From Balneola sp. (GTDB lineage Bacteria > Bacteroidota > Rhodothermia > Balneolales > Balneolaceae), in assembly GCA_965601915.1 (NCBI GenBank), contig OZ271847.1, forward strand, positions 2,257,178 through 2,321,177: a DNA stretch of 64,000 nt, written 5' to 3'. Below, in pieces: positions 17,706-27,400 of the stretch (positions are counted from its first letter, which is position 1; every line of letters starts with the position of its first letter). A model generated the notes under the pieces. It was given only the letters and a program-made list of their open reading frames with translations, made no database searches and was not told where the DNA came from. A program made the translations under genes and the position numbers.

Positions 17706-20700
17706 ATGAAAAACCGGTTATTCCTACCACTCCTTATCATTACATCTTTATTGGTTTCCTCACAGGTCCTCGGACAAGATAAAATATGGACTGGAGCAGT
17801 TGATTCCTCATGGCATGTAGCAGGAAATTGGAATCCTTCAGGTGTTCCTGCCTCCGGTCAAACTGTTGGGTTAAGAGGTAACACTACTCCTTATCCGGTT
17901 ATCACTTCCAATGTTACGGTTCGTTCTGTAACTATAAACGCTTGGTATTCTAATCCGGGAGATGAATTAATCATTCGTAATAACGCTACACTTACGATTA
18001 CAGATGATCTTACAATCAACGGAGCCGGAATCCTGAATATAATTAATGGCCATTTAGAGATGACTGCCACAAGTTCCGGTCAAAATAACCTTAATCTGAA
18101 TTCTGCTGAAACTGTAGTTAACATTACTAACGGAAGTTTTACTGCAGGCACAGCTTCTGAAGATGTGGATATGGAAGTTATTGGGACTTTCAACCTTGGA
18201 AATGGAGACCTGACAGTTTACGGAGATTTTGACGTATCCAACAGTGATACTTTTAATGCGGAAGACGGTACCGTTGAAATAAATGGTAATACAACTATAA
18301 ATGGTACCTACAACGGAAATGATGGAGTTACCACTTTCAATGGTGAAGTTGATATACGTAGTGGCGGAGTATTAAACCTTGATTCAGGGACTATTAATTT
18401 TAATGATCAGACCTATGTAGGTAACAGTGGAACAACTAATTTGGGTTCGGGTACTGTTTTCATAAACGATGATATTAATGTTAGCAGTGGTGGTTATTTC
18501 AACGTTGAGGATGCAGACGTTACCGTTACAGGAAATGCAAGTTTCAGCAGCAATGGTAACATGAGTGTAGATAACGGAAGTATCACTATCGGCGGTAACG
18601 CTTCATTAAGTAGTGGTGGGGTTATAGATTTAAACTCAGGTAGTTTAAATGTTGGAGGTGATGCTTCATTTACGGCTGGAGGAACTGTAAATGCGGGAAA
18701 TGCCGATATTAACCTTCAAGGGGATTTTACAGTAAATAATAATTCCAACTTCAATGCAGATTCAAGTACGGTTACCTTTAGCGGCGATTCCACTCAAACC
18801 GTTAATGCGGGAACAGATGTCACGTTTTACAATGTAGTAGTAGATTCCGGCGCCGTATTAAATACTGATGGAGGATCAGGAAACACCGTTATCATTGAAA
18901 ATAATTTAACTGTAGAAGACGGTGGTGGCGTTGAAGTTGAAGGAGATGATCAGATTGATGTTCAGGGAGAAGTAGAGGGAGATTCAGATGAAATACAAAG
19001 CCCTAACCCCTTTGCAGTAAGTGCTACGGCACCAACACTTACCACGGTTGTGATTACATTCAATAAATCGATGGATGAAACAACATCTGAAAATACAGGA
19101 AACTACAGTATAATCAGAAAAAGTGATTCTTCCCCTCTTTCAGTTTCAAATGCGGTTTTAAATACCGGAGGTAACAGCAGAGAAGTTACATTAACAGTTT
19201 CTACAATAACTGAAGATGTAGAATATGAAATTACCATGAATAATCTGGAAAGTACCGATGGTGGAGAAATTTCTGTAAATCACAAAAAAAGGTTTACAAA
19301 GCTTGGAGTGATTACATTTTACAGCCGGCAGTCAGGAAGCTGGTCTTTAAACAGCACCTGGTCAAGAACCAGTCATAGTGGACCAGCTGCTACATCAAAT
19401 CCGGGAAATACAAATAACGCTGTTATAATAATCGGAGATGGAGATATTGTAACTATAACGAGCTCAACTTCGATCGTAAATCAAACTTCAGTAGAAGTAA
19501 AAGTAAGTTCAGTTTTGCGTGTTGCTTCCGGTGGAACTTTAACTACAGGCTCTAAGAGTATTACCGGTTCCGGTTCTTTTGAAGTAACATCGGGAACTCT
19601 CGAAATTGGTTCGTCAAACGGAATTTCAAGTTCAGGAGCATCCGGAAATATCAGAACTACAACAAGATCCTTCAGCAATTCCGGTTCTTACACATACAAC
19701 GGCTCATCTGCTCAGCTAACCGGCAGTGGATTACCTTCTGATGTTAATCATTTTAAACTGGATAACTCTTTCGGAGTTACTCTGGATGCTAATCTTGAAG
19801 TAAATGGTACACTTTTTCTCACGTCCGGAACTTTAACAATTGAATCCGGAAATAATTTGATTGCCAACACTAAATCAATCGGCTCCGGACAGTTAAGAAT
19901 TAAACAAACTATTTCCGGCTCTAATGGTTGGCGATTGCTCTCTTCCCCAATAGACTCAGATTATGATGATTTTCTGGACGGAATTACAACTCAGGGTTAT
20001 TCAGGTTCTTCTCTTGGAAATGCCCCTTTAGATAGCCTGCAACCAAACGTTATGTATTATGATGAATCATATCCCGGAACTGATAATCAGCGATGGAGAG
20101 CTCCTTCAAATGCTTCTGCTTCATTAACACCAGGTCGTGGTCTTTATACTTATGTTTTCGGAAGTATTGCATCAGACCCAAGATACAATTCTCCACTTCC
20201 GGTTGACTTGTCTGTAGAAGGTCAGGAGCATTCCGGCTCTGTTGATTTTGGGGTAACATATACAACTTCTGCGGATTCCGGATGGAATTTAGTTGGTAAC
20301 CCATACGCAGCAACCATTAATTGGGACGATCCAAGCTGGACCAAAACGAATATAGATAATACCGTTTATGTATGGGACTATACCACCAATCAATACAAAA
20401 CATGGAATGGAACCACAGGAGATCTAACGGACGGTAAAATTTCTCCTTTCCAAGGGTTCTGGATAAAAGCTAATGATACCTCTCCCTCTCTTATTGTTGA
20501 TGAAAATGCTAAATCTACCGGTGGTAATTTTGTAGGTAAGTCAGTTTCAACCAATAAAAAGCAAGGACACCCACATTTCACTATTTCAGTTTCCGATGAT
20601 ATCCAAAAATCTTCCACTCATTTTATGTTTTCTGAGGATGCAAGTTTACTGAAAGATCGGAATGATGCCTTCAGGTTAGTTCCTCCACCCGGAATTAGAA

Positions 20701-21350
20701 CCTACTTGGATATTTCATCAGTATCTGAAGCAGGAAACCGGTTTTCTATAAATAATTTACCCAGAAAATTTGGGATCCCTGTGGAAATACCAATTAACCT
20801 TGAATCATATTCAAATGGTTTTTCAAGAGACAAAGAACTTCATTTTTTATTCGAGAATATCCAAAACATTCCAGCCGGCTGGAATGTTTATCTCGTTGAT
20901 ACTAAAACAGGTTTTGAAACAGATATCCTTAATGAATCTACTTATCTGTTCTCTTTTGAAGGAGTTTTAGGTAAAGAAACTCCGAATCGGAAGGGAAAAA
21001 GTCCAAAGATCACTACAAAAGCCGCTCCCGATAAGCAAAGATTTCATTTAAGAATTGAGCCCGGATCAGATGCTTTTGATCTTCCTGATGAGTTTAAACT
21101 TGAGCAAAACTTTCCAAACCCATTCAATCCAAGTACAAAAATCAGATTTAATCTTCCGGTAGAGTCTCAGGTAACAGTAGAAATTTTTAACATTTTAGGG
21201 CAAAAAGTAACCACTTTGGTTTCTGAAAGATTAAGTTCAGGCATCCATACTTATGACTGGAATGCAAATGGTTATGCCAGTGGCGTATATTTGATAAGAC
21301 TTGTTACTTCTAATGAAGTTTTTATAAAAAAAATGACCCTCCTTAAGTAG
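17706..21350 (+). CDS. Large T9SS-sorted surface protein (beta-helical repeats, Ig-like domain, conserved C-terminal module)
   Basis: Signal peptide, then ~20-aa G/N/T-rich beta-helix-like repeats (aa ~130-380) and an SbsA-like Ig domain (PFAVSATAPTLTTVVITFNKSMDE). The GWRLLSSP...PFQGFWIKA module is shared with the next two genes. It ends in a T9SS C-terminal domain (NFPNPFNPSTKI...SGVYLIRL...LLK). Confidence 0.85.
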   Translation: MKNRLFLPLLIITSLLVSSQVLGQDKIWTGAVDSSWHVAGNWNPSGVPASGQTVGLRGNTTPYPVITSNVTVRSVTINAWYSNPGDELIIRNNATLTITDDLTINGAGILNIINGHLEMTATSSGQNNLNLNSAETVVNITNGSFTAGTASEDVDMEVIGTFNLGNGDLTVYGDFDVSNSDTFNAEDGTVEINGNTTINGTYNGNDGVTTFNGEVDIRSGGVLNLDSGTINFNDQTYVGNSGTTNLGSGTVFINDDINVSSGGYFNVEDADVTVTGNASFSSNGNMSVDNGSITIGGNASLSSGGVIDLNSGSLNVGGDASFTAGGTVNAGNADINLQGDFTVNNNSNFNADSSTVTFSGDSTQTVNAGTDVTFYNVVVDSGAVLNTDGGSGNTVIIENNLTVEDGGGVEVEGDDQIDVQGEVEGDSDEIQSPNPFAVSATAPTLTTVVITFNKSMDETTSENTGNYSIIRKSDSSPLSVSNAVLNTGGNSREVTLTVSTITEDVEYEITMNNLESTDGGEISVNHKKRFTKLGVITFYSRQSGSWSLNSTWSRTSHSGPAATSNPGNTNNAVIIIGDGDIVTITSSTSIVNQTSVEVKVSSVLRVASGGTLTTGSKSITGSGSFEVTSGTLEIGSSNGISSSGASGNIRTTTRSFSNSGSYTYNGSSAQLTGSGLPSDVNHFKLDNSFGVTLDANLEVNGTLFLTSGTLTIESGNNLIANTKSIGSGQLRIKQTISGSNGWRLLSSPIDSDYDDFLDGITTQGYSGSSLGNAPLDSLQPNVMYYDESYPGTDNQRWRAPSNASASLTPGRGLYTYVFGSIASDPRYNSPLPVDLSVEGQEHSGSVDFGVTYTTSADSGWNLVGNPYAATINWDDPSWTKTNIDNTVYVWDYTTNQYKTWNGTTGDLTDGKISPFQGFWIKANDTSPSLIVDENAKSTGGNFVGKSVSTNKKQGHPHFTISVSDDIQKSSTHFMFSEDASLLKDRNDAFRLVPPPGIRTYLDISSVSEAGNRFSINNLPRKFGIPVEIPINLESYSNGFSRDKELHFLFENIQNIPAGWNVYLVDTKTGFETDILNESTYLFSFEGVLGKETPNRKGKSPKITTKAAPDKQRFHLRIEPGSDAFDLPDEFKLEQNFPNPFNPSTKIRFNLPVESQVTVEIFNILGQKVTTLVSERLSSGIHTYDWNANGYASGVYLIRLVTSNEVFIKKMTLLK

Positions 21351-21444
21351 CTTGTCAGTCTGTGTTTATTGTTAGAATTGATTAACTATGGCACTCAATT
21401 AGCCGATCATATTTATATTAGTGATCATCTAACGGTTAAATGAC

Positions 21445-24400
21445 TTGAAGTTTAGCAGACGGCATATTGTTTCATTTCTTGTAGTGGTACTAATTCTCAT
21501 TATTTCTACCCAAGAGAGTTATGCTCAGCTCCCGGGATATAATTTCCGTTTGAAAGGACAAGTTAATTCTGCTCAGGTTTCAGGCTCTTCTACCCTTTCT
21601 AATTTTCCCGTTCTTATGAGCTTTACTATAGATGATCTTCGATCAACCGGTAATGGCGGTGGTGTTGAGAATATAAACGGTTATGATATTCGATTTACCT
21701 CTGCGAATGGAAGCACAATCTTAAGTCATCAGTTAGAAAGTTATGATCCGGTTACAGGTGCAATAGAAATGTGGGTTCGTTTCCCTACTCTTTCTGCAAC
21801 AACAGATACTGAATTTTATATCTACTTTGGTAATTCCTCAATTTCTACCGATCAGTCGAGTACAAATGTGTGGGATTCTAACTACAAAATGGTCCTTCAT
21901 CTTAATGGTGATTTTTTAGATGCATCGGGTAATGGAACTAACGGCGTAAACACCGGCACAGTTTCAACTACAGGGCAAATAGGTCTTGCGAGAGACTTCA
22001 ATAGTAATAACGATCGCATTACAGTTGCCGATAACGGAGTCTCTCCTCTTGATATCAGTGGTAACATTACTATTTCTTTATGGACCAGAATAGCAAATTT
22101 AGGAAATGGACCTGATATCATTACAAAAGGGACTTATACTAATGGTTATTCCGTCTGGGTTGATGGAGCTGGCAGACTTCAGTTTCAGATAAATAACGAT
22201 GCGTTAACAAGTCCAACCGGACAGTTGACCAATAATGTTTGGTCTTACATTACTTTTACCAGAGCGTCAAATGGAGATCGGGTTATCTATACAAATGGTG
22301 TACCTGTCGCATCTGATAATTCTCAGGAATCGTTTTCAATCAGTGATGATGATCTGTTCATATCCACCACAACTTTTGACTATTTGGGTGATATTGATGA
22401 AGTAAGAATCTCGAATTCTACAAGAAGCTCCGACTGGATTGCAACAGAATACAACAACCAAAGCAGTCCACTTACTTTTATTGCACAGCTAAATGCAGAA
22501 CCTGTCCTCTCTAATATTGAAGGAAGTGCAATTATTTTTAATTCCGGATCTCCTGCTACAGCTATCACATCTGCACTTACAGTAACTGATGGTGATGATA
22601 CTAACATAGAAAGTGCGACGGTTTCTATTACAAACAATTTCGATTCATCTGAAGATGTATTGAATTTTGCAGATCAACTTGGCATTACGGGGAGTTATGC
22701 ATCTGGAACCGGAATATTAACACTCACAGGAACTGCTACTTTATCAGATTATCAAACTGCATTAAGAAGTGTCACATATCAAAATACAGATCCGGCACCA
22801 AGTGAATTACTTCGTACTATTTCTTTTACTGTTAACGATGGCGATGATGACAGTAATTTGCAAACCAGAAACATTAGTGTTGTTAAGGTAAATAACGCAC
22901 CTGCACTTACAAATATGGAAACCGGATCTATCATATACTTTGCCGGGAATGGTCAGAAAGCTGTTACTTCTTCTATTCAGGTTAATGATTCAGATGACAC
23001 TAATATTGACAGTGCAAGAGTTCAAATTACAAGTGGCTATGTTTCTTCTGAAGATACTTTACGTTTTGTTGATCAGAATGGAATTACTGGAAGTTGGTCA
23101 GAGGTTGCCGGGCGTTTAATTTTAACTGGTTCTGCAACACTCGCTACTTATCAGTCTGCTATAAGATCCATCACATATGAGAATGAATCCGGTTCTCCAA
23201 CAATGACAACACGGACTATTAGCTTTACAGTAAATGACGGAACAGAGAACAGCTCTATAGTTACACGGGATGTAGAATACCCGTCCACGATAACAGACCT
23301 TGCGCTATATAAAGGCAACGGTGTATTCCACTATGACGCATTCGATGTTGATGGAGATTTGGATTTAGGTGATCAGCCTGGAACTCCATCTGCTATTTCT
23401 CCGTGGGGGGATCGTTCTGATAATGTAGCTGCAAGTACGGCTGACCTTTCTGCTACCAATGGAGCCGGAGCACAACGTCCTAATTTTGATCCTGTTTTTT
23501 TAGGAGGCAGAGGTGCTCTTCAGTTTGATGGTACAGATGATAACCTAAGTCTCCCAAACAATTCCATTCTTAATACCGGTAGCTATACTGAAAAATCATT
23601 TGCTATGATGTTCAGAACGGGCTCTTCTACTGCAGGTCTTCAAATTATGTATGAGCAAGGCGGAGGAACTCGTGGGTATCAATTAAGCATAAAAGATGGA
23701 ATTTTGTACGCCTTTGTTTGGAATAATTCAGAATGGCCCGGAACTGATGAATATAAATCAATTAACCTTGGTACAGTTCAGCCTAATACATCATATATCA
23801 TAATTGCCAGCCATGATGCTTCTGCTGGTGCTCTTGTCGATAAAGTTTGGGAAGCAAATGTAAATGGCGGTACAATTTCCACACTTACAAATGTTGATTT
23901 TCAAAGAGCTCACAGTGGTGGTGCTGAAATAGGCGAAGAAGACGGAACACGTGACCCTGCTACTACCGGAAACAACCCTGCCGGCACTAATAATTTTCAG
24001 GGAATTATTGGTGAATTTGTTTCATGGAATTCTGCGTTGTCATCATCAGATTTTACCAATATTTATGGGTATTTAAATGATAAATGGTTCAATACATCTT
24101 CTGTACTTTCAAACATTGAAGTATCCCCTCTCATTTATAATGAGGGAGATCCTGCTTCAATTATTACTTCATCCATCACCGTTTCAGATGAAGATGACAC
24201 TAACCTTGATAGCGCAAGAGTTTACATTTCCTCAGGATTTGATAGTTCGCAAGACGTTTTATCCGGAAGTGGAACTGGTATTTCAGGAAGCTATAACAGT
24301 ACTACGGGGGTACTTTCTCTTACCGGTTCTTCTACGGTAGCGAACTATCAAGCAGCATTACAATCAGTAACTTACGAAAATACAGAAACTACAAGCCCCT

Positions 24401-27400
24401 CTACTACTGCCCGTGAAATCAGCTACATTGTTTATGATTGGGATGATTCGAGTGGAGTTGTGACAAGAGAAATCAATATTAATCCTTCGAATGATGTACC
24501 TCTAATTGTAGGACTTGAAGGGTCCACTCTCTCTTTTACTGAAGGTGATGGCCCCACTCAGGTAACTTCTGCCATAACAATTTCTGATACGGATGATGCC
24601 AATTTACAAGGTGCTACAGTTGCTTTCACCACTAACTATTTTTTAGGCGAAGATGTACTTGATTATACAAACGCACTTGGAATTACCGGCTCTTTTAATG
24701 CCACAACAGGAGTTCTTACTCTTTCTGGAACTACTACATTATCTAATTATCAAACAGCTTTAAGAGCTGTCACCTATGAAAACACTAGTTCGGACCCTGT
24801 TGCCGGTCTTGATCGTAAAATTGAATTCCGAGTATATGATGGTATCGATAGCAGTATAGTAGGAACTACCAGAGATATTTCCGTAACGAGTTTAAATACG
24901 GTTCCAACTCTTGCTAATATTGAAACAGCAAACATTTTTTATAACATCGGCGATTCTTCTTTAGTATCTGAAACCATCACAATAACAGATCCTGACGATA
25001 CAAATATTGAAACCATCGATTTACAAATAACAAGCGGTTACCTACCTGCGGAAGATACATTGGTTTTTCAGGATATTTTTGGGGTTACATCATCCTGGAA
25101 CGATGGTTCAGGAACTTTAACTTTGACCGGTCCTGCTCTTAAAGCTGATTTCCGTTCTGCACTCCGTACGGTTCGGTATAAAAATACTTCCCCTACTCCT
25201 ACTGATTCCGACAGAATCGTAAGTATCACCGCAAATGATGGTGATGGAGACAGTAATACATTGGCAAGAACCATTTCATATAGTATTCCGAAATCGGTTA
25301 CAGACCTTCTATTATGGCTGGATGGAAATGAAGGCACATTCACTACAACGGGAGGTGGAACATCAAGTACTCAGGGAAGCAATGTAGGCAGGTGGGAAGA
25401 TCAAAGTGGTAATGCACGTCATTTTACTGCTACAGGAACATCTCCGATCTATCAAACCAGTGTTGGGAGTATCAATTCTCAAAATGCCATTGAATTTCCG
25501 GGAGGATCTGCTGTTCGTCTTGAGGATACTGATGCTGAAAACTATTTAAACGGACTTGATGAAATTACAATCTTTTTTGTTATTGAATCTGATGGAGTGG
25601 GAACTGACAGAGGCTTCTGGACAACTTATGAACCTAATGGAGGTGGAAACGACGAGGTTTTCAGTATTCGCTATGATGATGTTGGTGATAATGGTAGTGG
25701 CGATGACGTAATTACTACTGGTATGCGTGACCTTCCTGTTGCCTTCGTTCAGGAAAGTTTTGAGGATGCCCAGACAACGAACGGTCAGATTGTTATGCTT
25801 AAATGGAAATCTGAAGAAAACTATGAACTCTATGTAGATGGTGTTTTAAGTAATCCAACTTTTTTCCAAAATATACCAACCGGTGTTTTAACAGATGTCA
25901 CGACCGCAATAATTGGTCAGGGAACTCAGGATCAAAGCGATAGTTGGGATGGTTTAATTGCTGAAGTAATTCTTTATGGAAAAGAGGTTTCATTAACCGA
26001 GCAGCAAGATGTTGAAGATTATCTTTCTACAAAATACAGCATTCCGATACGTTCTTTCACTGCTGCAACGGGTGGAGAGGCTATTTCTGCAGATGATGCA
26101 AATACCACATACACTACCCTTTCAGGTCCACGAGTTCAGGAAAGCTTCCTGGGAGAATTTACGAATGGAGGAACATTTGTCTTCAATGCTCCGACAGGTT
26201 ATGAATGGGATACAAGTGGCGGTGCTCCTTCTGCTTCGGTAGCCCCGGCATTTGGCGGAAGCACAGAATTGACTATTGGTTTCACCAGTAGAACTTCATC
26301 TCAGATAATTTTTACAGTATCTGCTGTTTCTACTACGAACCCGGGAGAAATTACCTTTTCTGATTTCAGAGTCAGACCTACTACAGGAATACTTCCAAAT
26401 ACAGGAAACATTACAAATACAGGCACTACCGGATTAGGAGGTAGTACAAATTATGGTCAGCTTACGATGGTGCCGGGTACACAAGTAGAAATGAAATTTA
26501 CCCAACAACCAACAGCCTCCAATGTAAGTGCGGCAATTTCTCCCGCTGTAAGAGTTCAATTGATTGATCAATTTGGTAACTCTGTAACAGAAAGTCGTGT
26601 AGATATCACTATGAGCCTAAATACTGTTAGTGGCTCAGGAACACTTGGAGGAACAACAACAGAAGAAACCAATGTTTTCGGAATTGCAGAATTTGATGAC
26701 ATAAATATCGATGATATTGGTACTTATAACTTAACTGCATCAAGTACCGGTTTAACTGATGCTACCAGTTCTGACTTTGATGTTGTAGTTGTTGGTCAGC
26801 TTACTCAGTTTACGGTTCAAAGAGTTCCATCCGGTAATATTGCGGATAAATTGGCTGGTCAAAATTTTAATATCACAGTTGTTGCCACTGATGGATTACA
26901 GGATACAGTAGATACATTTACAGGAACAGCCGTACTTACCTCAAATTGTTCACTTGGTACCGGACAGGGAACTACTCCAAACTTTGTTGGAGGAGTACTT
27001 TCAAGCAGAACTGTTTCAATATCGAATGTAGGAACCTGCACTATTACTGCTACCAACAGTGCCGGAACTGAAACCGGTTCGAGTAATTCATTCGATGTAA
27101 CCCCAGGAGTTGCTTCTCCTGCAACATCTGCAATAACAGCAAGTCCAACTGTGATTTTAAACGACGGATTTTCTACTTCAACAATTACTGTTCAACTTAA
27201 AGATAGTGAAGGCAACAACCGCACCACTGGTGGACAAACAATTATACTAAATACCACTGATGGTTCTCTTAGTACAGTAACTGATAATGGAAACGGAACT
27301 TATTCTGCCACTCTAACTTCTTCAGTAATAGCAGGTCTGGCAACTATTACAGGTACTTTGGACGCTGTCGCGATAACAGATAATGCAGAAGTCGAATTTG

